The notes under the pieces were generated by a model. It made no database searches. It worked only from the letters and a program-made list of their open reading frames with translations, and was not told where the DNA came from. From positions 1-64,000 of the forward strand of contig JAITVV010000007.1 in the NCBI GenBank assembly GCA_031285625.1: a stretch of 64,000 nt of DNA, given 5' to 3'. Source of the DNA: Prevotella sp. (GTDB taxonomy: Bacteria; Bacteroidota; Bacteroidia; Bacteroidales; Dysgonomonadaceae). Within the stretch, counting starts at the first letter, position 1; each line of letters starts with the position of its first letter. Below, in pieces: positions 30,147-40,407 of this stretch. A program made the position numbers and the translations under genes.

Positions 30147-30231
30147 CTAGCCTTTTGAAAAAGATAAACGATTGATTATTACATCTATTACGAGATAAAA
30201 AAGTGTTCCCGCTCGGATCACTGTAAAACAT

Positions 30232-30266
30232 AAAACTCTGTAAATTAATTATTTACAGAGTTTTTT
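30232..30266 (+). terminator. Terminator after second att site
   Basis: AAAACTCTGTAAAT-TAATT-ATTTACAGAGTTTT. Confidence 0.75.
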
Positions 30267-30471
30267 ATTGATCCTGCAGAATCAGAACCTGAAATTACAT
30301 ATCGAATAGCACTCTTATTATCAGCAATATACTGAAATATCATTTTTACCTTTTAAAACAATAAAAGAAAAAACAATACTAAATCGTTACTGTTACTGTT
30401 TGTCTGTCCTATTTTTTGTTTTCAACAGCCAAGTGAAAACTTCAAACAATCTTATTTAATCTATACTTCTA

Positions 30472-30541
30472 TTCTAATGGTTTTCTAATAATATTCTAAC
30501 AGTTTTCTAACAGCTTGCCATCTATCATAGGCCTACTTTTG
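30472..30541 (+). promoter_or_regulatory. mgtA promoter: 4 x TTCTAA (11-bp period) plus -7 box
   Basis: TTCTAA at 30472, 30483, 30494, 30505; TACTTTTG at 30534. Confidence 0.8.
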
Positions 30542-30576
30542 TGGCAAAAATAATAAACCATTAAAAGTATAAGATT

Positions 30577-33231
30577 ATGAAGCTTTTCAAATGGAAGAGG
30601 AAAAAGAATGCTGCGTATCAGTTCAATAGTGAGAAGCTATTTCTGGCTGCGTCACAATCCAATAAACACATATACTCTTTGCTGAATTCACGAAGGGAAG
30701 GATTATATACAGCCGAAGCTGTGGATAGATTAAAAGACTGTGGCAAAAATGAAATAATATCAGAGAAAAATAACAAGTGGTTTATTCTGCTGATAAAAGC
30801 TTTCATCAACCCGTTTATCGGGATACTGATGTTTTTAGCCGTAATATCCATTATCCTCGATGTCGTTATGGCCGCACCGGACGAAAGGGAGTGGAAGACT
30901 GTAGTTATAATAACTACTATGGTAACTCTTAGCGGCCTGATCCGTTTCTATCAGGAATGGAAATCCAACAGGGCGAGCGAAGCCCTGAAGAAGATGGTAA
31001 ACAATAAGGTATCTGTCTTCCGCAAAGGGATTGATGCTTTTATTGATATACATATAACAAAACTTGTTCCCGGGGATGTTGTATTTCTTTCAGCGGGTGA
31101 TATGATTCCTGCCGATCTGCGTATTACAGAGGCAAAGGATTTGTTTGTAAGCCAGTCCTCTCTTACCGGAGAATCCGATGCTGTAGAAAAGACTCCTAAT
31201 CTCTTAGAACATTCTCCAAAAACAGGAAGCGTCATCGAACTGAACAATATATGCTTCATGGGATCAAATGTCATAAGCGGTTCGGCCAAAGCCATTGTTG
31301 TCAATACAGGAAATGATACATATCTGGGAACCATCGCCAAAAATATTGTAGGTAAAAGGGCCCAGACCAGTTTCGACAGGGGCATCAACAATGTCAGCCT
31401 TCTACTTATACGGTTTATGCTCGTTATGGTGCCTTTTGTTTTCTTTATCAACGGGTTTACAAAGGGGGATTGGTTCGAAGCCTTTCTTTTTGCCATCTCT
31501 GTAGCCGTGGGATTGACCCCTGAAATGCTTCCGATGATCGTTACCTCAAATCTGGCAAAGGGAGCCGTGAAAATGGCAAAGCATAAAACGATTGTCAAGA
31601 ACCTTAATTCCATCCAGAATTTCGGCGCTATGAATATCCTTTGTACGGATAAGACAGGTACGTTAACTCAGGACAAGATAGTACTGGAAAGGTATCTCGA
31701 TGCCGAAGGGAATGATAGTGTAAGAGTATTGCGCCATGCTTATTTCAACAGCTATTTCCAGACGGGCCTGAAAAACCTGATGGATAAGGCCATACTTGCC
31801 CATTGCGAAGAACTTCAATTTCAAAATCTGGGACATGAATATACTAAGGTAGACGAAATCCCTTTCGACTTTAATCGACGGCGCATGTCTGTAGTGATTG
31901 AAGATAAGCGGGGTAAACGACAGATTATAACAAAAGGGGCTATTGAAGAAACAGTGTCTATCTGTAAATATGCCGAGATCGGAGGAGAAGCTGTTCCTAT
32001 AACTGAAAAACTGAAGGAAAAACTTACAGCTATCGGTACCGATCTGAATATGAAAGGTATGAGAGTATTAGGAGTCGCTCAAAAGAGCTGGGTGGAGAAA
32101 GAGCATTCTTTTGCAGTCGAAGACGAATCGGAAATGGTGCTGATTGGTTATCTGGCTTTCCTCGATCCACCAAAAGCTTCTGCCTCGGAAGCTATTAAAG
32201 CCCTGTATGAACATGGAGTGGAAGTAAAAGTGCTCTCGGGGGATAATGCGCTGATAACTAAAAATGTCTGTCAACAAGTCGGTATCAATATTGAAAAAAT
32301 ATTGTTGGGAAACCAAATAGAAGAGATGAGCAGTGAGGAACTTGAAAGGGAAGTTTCCGGGACCAATATTTTCGCTAAACTGACTCCCTTGCAGAAGTCG
32401 AGAATAATACAGATTCTTCAATCGCAGGACAATACGGTCGGCTTTTTAGGTGACGGGATTAATGATGCAGCCGCACTTCGTCAGTCAGATATAGGTATTT
32501 CGGTAGATACCGCAGTGGATATAGCCAAAGAATCGGCGGATATTATCCTGCTCGAAAAAGACTTGATGGTACTGGAAAGAGGGGTTATAGAAGGACGTAA
32601 AATATTTGGAAATATTACCAAATACATCAAGATGACTGCCAGTTCCAACTTTGGAAATATGTTCAGTGTTTTAGTGGCCAGCGCGTTCCTGCCTTTCCTT
32701 CCCATGCTGCCGATACACTTATTAATACAGAATCTGCTTTATGATATTTCACAGATAACCATACCGTTCGACAATGTAGATAAAGAATATTTGCAAAAAC
32801 CGCGCAAATGGGATGCTTCCGACCTCAAACGCTTTATGATACGAATAGGGCCTATCAGTTCCATATTCGATATTGCGACCTATCTGGTGATGTGGTATGT
32901 ATTTAAATGCACTATGCCCGAAGACCAGTCTCTGTTCCAGTCTGGTTGGTTTATCGAAGGGTTACTTTCTCAGACACTCATTGTGCATATGATACGTACA
33001 CGTAAAATACCATTCATACAAAGCCGGGCTTCTCTGCCGGTAATGATAACCACTTTTTCTATCATGGCAATAGGCATCATCATTCCGTTTACAGCTCTTG
33101 GGGCATCTATCGGCTTTACTCCGCTGCCTTGGTCGTACTTCCCGTGGCTGGTAGGAATACTTATGAGCTATTGTTTCCTCATTCAGTTTATCAAGAACTG
33201 GTACGTGCGCAAGTTTCAAAGATGGTTATAA
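30577..33231 (+). CDS. mgtA: Magnesium-translocating P-type ATPase
   Basis: GLTPEMLPMIV, DKTGTLT, DEIPFDFNRRRMSV, GDGIND, KYIKMTASSNFGN. Confidence 0.96.
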   Translation: MKLFKWKRKKNAAYQFNSEKLFLAASQSNKHIYSLLNSRREGLYTAEAVDRLKDCGKNEIISEKNNKWFILLIKAFINPFIGILMFLAVISIILDVVMAAPDEREWKTVVIITTMVTLSGLIRFYQEWKSNRASEALKKMVNNKVSVFRKGIDAFIDIHITKLVPGDVVFLSAGDMIPADLRITEAKDLFVSQSSLTGESDAVEKTPNLLEHSPKTGSVIELNNICFMGSNVISGSAKAIVVNTGNDTYLGTIAKNIVGKRAQTSFDRGINNVSLLLIRFMLVMVPFVFFINGFTKGDWFEAFLFAISVAVGLTPEMLPMIVTSNLAKGAVKMAKHKTIVKNLNSIQNFGAMNILCTDKTGTLTQDKIVLERYLDAEGNDSVRVLRHAYFNSYFQTGLKNLMDKAILAHCEELQFQNLGHEYTKVDEIPFDFNRRRMSVVIEDKRGKRQIITKGAIEETVSICKYAEIGGEAVPITEKLKEKLTAIGTDLNMKGMRVLGVAQKSWVEKEHSFAVEDESEMVLIGYLAFLDPPKASASEAIKALYEHGVEVKVLSGDNALITKNVCQQVGINIEKILLGNQIEEMSSEELEREVSGTNIFAKLTPLQKSRIIQILQSQDNTVGFLGDGINDAAALRQSDIGISVDTAVDIAKESADIILLEKDLMVLERGVIEGRKIFGNITKYIKMTASSNFGNMFSVLVASAFLPFLPMLPIHLLIQNLLYDISQITIPFDNVDKEYLQKPRKWDASDLKRFMIRIGPISSIFDIATYLVMWYVFKCTMPEDQSLFQSGWFIEGLLSQTLIVHMIRTRKIPFIQSRASLPVMITTFSIMAIGIIIPFTALGASIGFTPLPWSYFPWLVGILMSYCFLIQFIKNWYVRKFQRWL

Positions 33232-33245
33232 GAAGATGAATAACA

Positions 33246-33947
33246 ATGATCTCATTCACTATTAACATAGGATTGGCCCTTCTGCTGGGTATGTGCATAG
33301 GGCTCGAACGCCAGTTGCGCCAACGGGTGGCGGGGTTACGCACCAATACGCTGGTATCTCTGGGAGCAGCCATATTTATGGTCATTGCCTGCAAAATAGG
33401 TGGGGATGCACAGGGACGCATCGCATCTTATATCATAAGTGGCATGGGCTTTCTGGGAGCAGGCGTCATTATTAAAGATGGAGCAACAATAAGAGGGCTT
33501 AATACAGCCGCAACCCTTTGGTGTACGGCTGCTATCGGGGCATTCTGTGGACTCGGTTATATCTACGAACCTTTGATAGGAACAGCTTTTATTATTACAG
33601 TGCATCTCATTTTACGCCCCTTATCGAATAGGATAATGAAGTCTACAGCTTTTGTCGATAAGGAAACCGAAGAATATCGCTATAAGTTCGTCACCTGCTG
33701 TAAAGAAAATGTAGAAAACCACATACGAGTATTATTTATCCAGTATATCGGAAACACCAACGACCTGATGCTGAGTTCCCTTACGAGCTACAATGCAGAT
33801 ACTCCTACATCGGCTGTGATAGAGGCAGATATTATCAGCTTCTCTAAACAAGATGCCGCAATAGAAAAGATTGCTTCTTTCCTCACTCTGGAAAGTGGTG
33901 TAACTTCTATTAAGTGGGAAGTAAGCAGCATGGATGCACATTCATGA
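33246..33947 (+). CDS. mgtC: MgtC/SapB family protein
   Basis: IGLERQ, AGLRTNTLV, GMGFLGAGVI, GLNTAATLWC. Confidence 0.93.
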   Translation: MISFTINIGLALLLGMCIGLERQLRQRVAGLRTNTLVSLGAAIFMVIACKIGGDAQGRIASYIISGMGFLGAGVIIKDGATIRGLNTAATLWCTAAIGAFCGLGYIYEPLIGTAFIITVHLILRPLSNRIMKSTAFVDKETEEYRYKFVTCCKENVENHIRVLFIQYIGNTNDLMLSSLTSYNADTPTSAVIEADIISFSKQDAAIEKIASFLTLESGVTSIKWEVSSMDAHS

Positions 33948-33953
33948 AATATA

Positions 33954-34025
33954 GGATTAAGAAAGTCGCAGGTGTGAGAAATTATTAACTCCTACTCATC
34001 GCTTCCCGCTTTCTTAATCCTTTTT
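33954..34025 (+). terminator. Hairpin after mgtC
   Basis: GGATTAAGAAAG ... CTTTCTTAATCC followed by TTTTT. Confidence 0.6.
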
Positions 34026-34093
34026 CTAATAGTTTTCTAATAACTTTCTAAGACTTCTCTAACAGGCTGAAAAGAATCAACTCCCTACTTTTG
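34024..34093 (+). promoter_or_regulatory. RND-1 promoter: 4 x (T/C)TCTAA (11-bp period) plus -7 box
   Basis: TTCTAA at 34024, 34035, 34046, CTCTAA at 34057; TACTTTTG at 34086. Confidence 0.8.
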
Positions 34094-34124
34094 CCGCAAA
34101 AAATAATTCTAAAAACAGAAAAAT

Positions 34125-35234
34125 ATGAAGAACAGGAAACCATTACAGCTCATATTGCTATTGTCGGTAATATGCCTTGCCGCTTGTAAAAGCAAAGATG
34201 TAGAAAATGAAGCGAATGCTTATCAGATAAAGGGAGATACAGTGTATGTAGATAATAACAACATTCTTATTTCGAAAATAAAACTATCAGAGGTAGAAGT
34301 TGAACCCTATTCAAAAGAAGTAATAACGGCAGGAACCGTTCAACCCATCCCTACACAATTTGCTTACGTAGCACCGCCTTTCTCGGGAAGAATTATAAAG
34401 TCATATATTAAATTAGGGCAACGGATTGCGAAAGATACTCCTTTATTTGAAATAAATTCCCCCGATTTTACTGCTGCTCAGAAAGATTTCTATCAGGCTC
34501 AATCGTCGAGGGAACTCGCTCAAAAGGAACTCAAACGTAAAGAGGATTTAATAGAAAACGGAGTCAGCTCGCAAAAAGAACTGGAAGAGGCTTTAAGCGC
34601 CTTACAGATTGCGGAGAAAGAATATGAGAATGCTCATGCGGCTTTGCTGGTCTATCAGGTAAACCCCGAAGATATGGTATTGGGACAATCGCTTATAGTG
34701 CGTTCCCCGATTTCGGGCAATGTAATAGAAAATAACATTGTTACGGGTCAATATATCAAAAACGATTCGGAACCGATTGCCACTATTGCCGACCTTTCGC
34801 AGGTATGGGTTACGGCACAGGTAAAAGAAAAAGATATCCGCTTTATACACGAAGGCGACAGCATAGAAATGTTTATGTCGGCTTATCCCGAAGAAATCAT
34901 CAACGGGAAAGTTTTCCATGTCGAAGAAGCGGTAGACGAAGCTACCCGCTCGATAAAAGTGCTGTCTGTCTGTGATAACAAAGAAGAACTCCTCAAGATA
35001 GGCATGTATACTACCGTGCACTTTCTGGACAAATCGTCCGACTTTGTCCATGTCCCCGAAAAAGCATTGCTGCAAGGAGAGAAAGACAGCTACGTATACG
35101 TGGAATCGGCGCCTAATACATATATCCGCACTCCTGTAGAAGTCGAAAGTTCAAAAAATGGGAAAGCCGTAATCGCAAAAGGACTCAGGGCTGATTGTAA
35201 AATCATTAGTGAAGGAGGGTACTATTTAAAGTAA
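34125..35234 (+). CDS. RND periplasmic adaptor (CzcB/CusB-like) lipoprotein
   Basis: Lipobox LAAC; VRSPISG, IADLSQVWV, VPEKALL. Confidence 0.9.
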   Translation: MKNRKPLQLILLLSVICLAACKSKDVENEANAYQIKGDTVYVDNNNILISKIKLSEVEVEPYSKEVITAGTVQPIPTQFAYVAPPFSGRIIKSYIKLGQRIAKDTPLFEINSPDFTAAQKDFYQAQSSRELAQKELKRKEDLIENGVSSQKELEEALSALQIAEKEYENAHAALLVYQVNPEDMVLGQSLIVRSPISGNVIENNIVTGQYIKNDSEPIATIADLSQVWVTAQVKEKDIRFIHEGDSIEMFMSAYPEEIINGKVFHVEEAVDEATRSIKVLSVCDNKEELLKIGMYTTVHFLDKSSDFVHVPEKALLQGEKDSYVYVESAPNTYIRTPVEVESSKNGKAVIAKGLRADCKIISEGGYYLK

Positions 35235-35332
35235 AAGTCGCAGACCTTTTTATTTACCCGAGAAGTCAAACCACAGGCATGTTGTAATCAGAAAATATGC
35301 CATTTAATTCCAACTTTCATTCAAGTTATATT

Positions 35333-38300
35333 ATGAAAAAAGATTTAATGTTGACGGTTATACAAAAAAGATGGGTGCTGCTGTGCCTATTCATTATACT
35401 CTGTTTCTTCGGTTATTACTCGTGGAAACAACTATCCATCGAAGCTTATCCTGATATTGCGGATGTTACTTCACAGGTGGTTACCCAAGTGCCAGGATTG
35501 GCTGCCGAAGAGGTGGAGCAACAAATAACGATTCCTCTCGAAAGGGCTTTAAACGGGTTGCCGGGTATGCACGTTATGCGAAGCAAAAGCACTTTCGGGC
35601 TATCGATGATAACTATCGTTTTCGAAGATGGTACAGAAGATTATTGGAGTCGCCAGAGAGTACAGGAAAGGCTCGACGAGGTGGAACTACCTTATGATGC
35701 CGTACCAGGACTAGACCCGTTAACCTCTCCTACAGGAGAGATTTACCGCTATATTATCGAAAGTGACAAACACTCGTTAAGGGAACTAACCGATTTGCAG
35801 AACTGGGTAATTATTCCACGTATCAAGCAGGTTTCGGGAGTAACTGATGTCAGCAATTTCGGAGGGATAACTACACAATATCAGGTAGAAATTGACCCAC
35901 AAAAACTTGAACAATATCATATCTCATTAGACCAAGTCATGGAAGCCATCGAGAACAATAATTCCAATGTCGGAGGCAGTGTTCTCAATCGGGGTGACCT
36001 CGGATATGTGGTAAGGGGAATCGGGCTTATTTCCGATTTGGAAGACTTAGGCAAAATTGTTGTCAGTTCCGAAAACGGAGTACCTGTTTTTCTTAATGAT
36101 ATAGGTAAACTAAAATACGGAAATCTCGAACGTAAAGGTGTTTTCGGATATACCGACCGCAAACGTGAGTATTCGGAAAGTATAGAGGGTATTGTCCTTT
36201 TATTGAAGCATGAAAATCCTTCTATTGTGTTGGAGGGTATCAAAAATGCAGTGGATGAACTGAACAGCGAAACACTTCCCGAAGGTGTGAATATTCACGT
36301 ATTTCTCGACCGTACCCAGCTGGTCGATACAACACTCCACACTGTATCGCGTACACTGCTCGAAGGTATGATTCTGGTTATTATCGTACTCATTGTTTTT
36401 CTCGGAAGTTGGCGCGGGGCACTGCTCGTAGCCGTTACGATTCCCATATCGTTACTTATTGCATTCATACTGATGCATCTCACGAATATTCCTGCAAACC
36501 TTTTATCACTGGGGGCTATCGATTTCGGTATCATAGTAGATGGTGCCATTGTGATGATGGAAACCATACTAAAGAAGAGGGAAGACCATCCGCAGGAATA
36601 TCTGGAAGAAAAAAGTATTTCGAAACGTGTAATAGAAGTTGCTAAACCGATTGCATTTGCCACTATAATTATCATCACGGCCTATTTGCCTCTTTTCGCA
36701 TTCGAACGTGTCGAACGTAAATTGTTCACTCCGATGGCATTTACGGTAAGTTATGCTTTAATCGGCGCTTTGCTGGTAGCCTTGTTTCTCATTCCGGGAA
36801 TCGGATATGCGCTTTACCGCAAACCGAAAAAGATATATCATAATAAATGGCTCGAAAAACTGACCTTGAAATATTCGGACGCAGTAAGCAAAATACTGAA
36901 AAAACCGAAAAAAGTAATCGTATCCGTCGCTGTCATTTTTGTTTGTGCCATCGGACTGTCTGTCTTTGTTGGAAAAGATTTCCTACCTGTGTTGGACGAA
37001 GGTTCTATCTGGATGCAGGTAAATCTCCCACCGGGAATATCAGTGGAAAAATCGAGGGAGCTATCCGATACACTACGGCAACGGACTATGAAGCATGGTG
37101 AAGTCACCTACATTGCCGTTCAGGCAGGGCGTAACGATGACGGTACAGACCCTTTCACTCCATCACATTTCGAGGTTTCCATCGGTATCAAGCCGTACAG
37201 TGAATGGCCGAGCGGAAAAACCAAGAACGATCTGATAGACGAATTAGCAAAAGAATATGAGTCACTGGCAGGCTTCCGTGTCGGATTCAGTCAGCCGATG
37301 ATCGACGGAGTGATGGATAAGATTGCAGGTGCGCATAGTGAACTGGTAATCAAAGTGTATGGCGACGAATTCAAAGAAACCCGACGGATTGCCGAAGATA
37401 TTATGAATACCCTGAAAAACGTGGAAGGTGCCGTCGATTTGGATATCGACCAGGAACCGCCCCTGCCTCAATTGCAGGTACATATGAACAGGGATGCCAT
37501 TGCGCGTTACGGGTTGAATGTTTCGGATGTGAGTAACCTGATTGAGGTGGCAATAGGAGGCAAAGCCATATCCCAGATTTATCAGAACGACAGAGTATAT
37601 GATATTACCTGCAAGTACGATGAAAATTCGCGCAACACCCCCGAAAAGATTGCTGCGCTGATGCTGACCTCCGCTACAGGAGCTAAGATACCGTTATCAC
37701 AGGTAGCCGATATAAAATTAAGTACAGGTGAAAGTACCATCACACGCGAAATGAACAAACGCCATCTGACCGTAAAGTTAAATCTTCGTGGGCGTGACCT
37801 CGGTTCTTTTCTTGAAGATGCCCAACATTCAATAGAAAAAAAATATAAAATACGACCACGAAAAATATCATATAAAGTGGGGCGGACAGTTTGAAAATCA
37901 ACACCGCGCCTATTCACGCTTAGCTGTTATTGTTCCTTTGGCTCTGGCAATTATGTTTATCTTGCTGTATGCCGCTTTCGGAAAATTCCGTCAGGCAGGA
38001 TTGGTTTTGACCATTGTTCCGTTGGCTTTGTTCGGCGGCATGCTCGCCCTCAATCTAAGAGGAATGACGCTGAACGTATCTTCTGCAGTCGGTTTTATCG
38101 CTTTGTTCGGTGTCGCCATTCAAAACGGCGTGATTATGATTTCGCATATCAATGGTTTACGCAAAGACGGAATGCCATTACTAAAAGCGGTTTCTGATGG
38201 TACACGTCATCGTTTCCGCCCGATACTGATGACTGCGACAGTTGCTATATTGGGATTATTGCCTGCTTCTCTTGCTACGGGTATAGGTTCTGATGTACAG

Positions 38301-38438
38301 CGTCCCCTTGCCACCGTTATCGTATACGGTCTGATGTTTTCGACTATTATTACCCTGTTTGCCTTACCTGTCTTTTATTACATGATAGAAAATAAAGCAG
38401 AAAAATCAAAAAAAGAATCGGAATATGAAAATAAATAA
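35333..38438 (+). pseudogene. CusA/CzcA heavy-metal RND transporter with one extra A in run 37836-37843
   Basis: Two ORFs join if one A is removed (IEKNIKYDHEKYHIKWGGQFENQ); DFGIIVDGAIVMME, RPILMT. Confidence 0.85.
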
Positions 38439-39678
38439 AGTACAATCCATAATAGTAATGAGTATTCTCATCCTGATGAATTTTGCGGCCTTTGCACAGT
38501 CGCAGAATTCTATGGATGGAATGAATCCAATTTTATCTTTCCACGAATATTTAAATCAGGTGGGAAAAAAGAACCTCAATTTTCTGGCTGAAAAATACAA
38601 TGTAGATATTGCCGAAGCCGAAATGATTGCACAAAAAGTGCTTCCCGACCCCGATTTGGAGTTTGAAGCGGCGGACGAAACTTTTACTCTGGGATTAGCT
38701 TATAACCTTGAACTGGGTAATAAACGCGGTGCGAGAGTACGTCTTGCCAAAAGCCAGTCGGAATTAGAAAAGCTGGTTCTCGAATATTATTATCAGGAAT
38801 TGCGTGCCGAGGCTGCCAATTTGTTTCTGGATGCCATACAACAGCGGGAGCTGCTGACTGTGAAGAAAAGCTCTTATGAATATATGCTGCAATTGAGCCA
38901 TTCGGACAGTATCCGTTTTCGTTTGGGAGAAATAACCGAAACCGATGCCCGTCAATCGAAACTGGAAGCAGCCACTTTACTCAATGATGTTTTTGAACAG
39001 GAAGCTGTATATAAATCGACATTGGTGTTACTCAATCAATTTATGGGCAGAACCTCTGATACCCTGAATATTCCTTCTGGAAAGTGGGATACATTGAATA
39101 GGGAATATATACTTCCTGAGCTTACGTCCTTAGGACTAACTACTCGTATAGATTTGTTTGCTGCAAACAAAAACATTGAAGTGGTAACGAACCAACATAA
39201 ACTGGTAAAAGCCGAACGAAAAATGGATTTAGGTTTGTCACTTAATTACGAACGGGATTGGCATGGATTCCTTCCGCCATCCCGTTCATTTACGGCAGGT
39301 ATTTCTATTCCGCTTAAGTTCTCCAACCTGAATAAAGGCGCAGTGAAAGCGGCACAATTCGGGATAGAACAATCGAAAATCCAGCAACAGAATATGGAGT
39401 TGCAAATCAAATCCGAAATATCACAGGCATTTTTTCATTTCGAGGCTGCCAAGAAAAAATTAAGGCAGTACCAGTCAGGACTATTAGACGAATCCCATAA
39501 AATACTGGATGGTATGGTTTATAAATACAAACGCGGCGAAACAAGCATTATGGAAGTCCTGATTGCTCAACGTACCTATAATGAAGTTCAGGAGCAATAT
39601 CTGGAAACCATGAAAGGATATGTTTCGTCTTTAGTCGAACTGCAAAAAACATGTGGTATATGGGACATTGAGTTCTAA
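38425..39678 (+). CDS. TolC/CzcC outer membrane efflux protein
   Basis: Signal peptide, coiled-coil OEP repeats, YKRGETSIMEVL. Confidence 0.88.
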   Translation: MKINKVQSIIVMSILILMNFAAFAQSQNSMDGMNPILSFHEYLNQVGKKNLNFLAEKYNVDIAEAEMIAQKVLPDPDLEFEAADETFTLGLAYNLELGNKRGARVRLAKSQSELEKLVLEYYYQELRAEAANLFLDAIQQRELLTVKKSSYEYMLQLSHSDSIRFRLGEITETDARQSKLEAATLLNDVFEQEAVYKSTLVLLNQFMGRTSDTLNIPSGKWDTLNREYILPELTSLGLTTRIDLFAANKNIEVVTNQHKLVKAERKMDLGLSLNYERDWHGFLPPSRSFTAGISIPLKFSNLNKGAVKAAQFGIEQSKIQQQNMELQIKSEISQAFFHFEAAKKKLRQYQSGLLDESHKILDGMVYKYKRGETSIMEVLIAQRTYNEVQEQYLETMKGYVSSLVELQKTCGIWDIEF

Positions 39679-39717
39679 AAAGTTTATCTTTGCTTTATAG
39701 CCTTTATTCTATTTGGT

Positions 39718-40407
39718 ATGAAAAAAATATTGGTCATAGAAGATGAAAAACGGATAGCCGAAATTTTGCAGAAAGGCCTTTATGAATTCGGCTTCGAAGT
39801 TAGTGTCGCTTTCGATGGAGATACAGGTAAAAGACTCATTAATTCGAATTCTTACGACCTCATCATTACGGACATCATTCTTCCTCATCACAATGGCTTT
39901 GAACTGACAAAGGTAATTAAGGATAAGAACCCTCATACGCCTGTAATCATGCTGACGGCACTCGGTGCGACAGACGATAAGCTGGACGGATTCGATGCTG
40001 GAGCCGACGATTATATGGTAAAACCGTTTGACTTACGGGAATTGAATGCACGGATAAATGTGCTGTTGAAAAGACATCCAAACCAGAACGAAAATGTTGT
40101 AATGAATGAACTGAAGTATGATAGTTTAACTATGCAACTGGACACCAGAAAGGTCTTTCGTTCAGGAAAAGAAATAAAACTAACCCCCAAAGAATTTAAC
40201 CTGCTGAAATACCTGCTCGAAAATCCCGAAAGGGTTTTGCCCCGTTCCGAAATAGCCGAAAAAGTATGGGACACGCATTTCGATACGGGTACTAATTTTA
40301 TAGATGTGTATATCAATTACCTGAGAGGAAAAATTGATAAGGCTTTCGATAAGAAACTCATTCATACTAGTCCCGGCATCGGATTTATTCTAAAATCGGA
40401 AGAATGA
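39718..40407 (+). CDS. OmpR-family response regulator (CusR/CzcR-like)
   Basis: VIEDE, DIILP, GADDYMVKPF, IDVYINYLRGKID; TATCTTTG at 39685. Confidence 0.93.
   Translation: MKKILVIEDEKRIAEILQKGLYEFGFEVSVAFDGDTGKRLINSNSYDLIITDIILPHHNGFELTKVIKDKNPHTPVIMLTALGATDDKLDGFDAGADDYMVKPFDLRELNARINVLLKRHPNQNENVVMNELKYDSLTMQLDTRKVFRSGKEIKLTPKEFNLLKYLLENPERVLPRSEIAEKVWDTHFDTGTNFIDVYINYLRGKIDKAFDKKLIHTSPGIGFILKSEE

Larger units (their letters stand above)
21834..30222 (+). mobile_element. Integrative element (degenerate ICE/IME) inserted at the tRNA-Arg 3' end
   Basis: Exact 16-bp direct repeat TCCCGCTCGGATCACT at 21834-21849 and 30207-30222; integrase next to tRNA. Confidence 0.9.

Noticed and set aside
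30472-30510. Regular short repeats as CRISPR or microsatellite
   Set aside because: 6-bp units with 5-bp spacers fit regulator sites; no CRISPR array or cas gene seen in the window
30223-30576. Mg riboswitch or MgtL-type leader peptide before mgtA
   Set aside because: Predicted promoter leaves about 30 nt of leader; no such element recognisable
30951-31613. Long antisense ORFs here and opposite the RND genes (for example 53937-54518)
   Set aside because: Shadows of well-supported genes on the other strand
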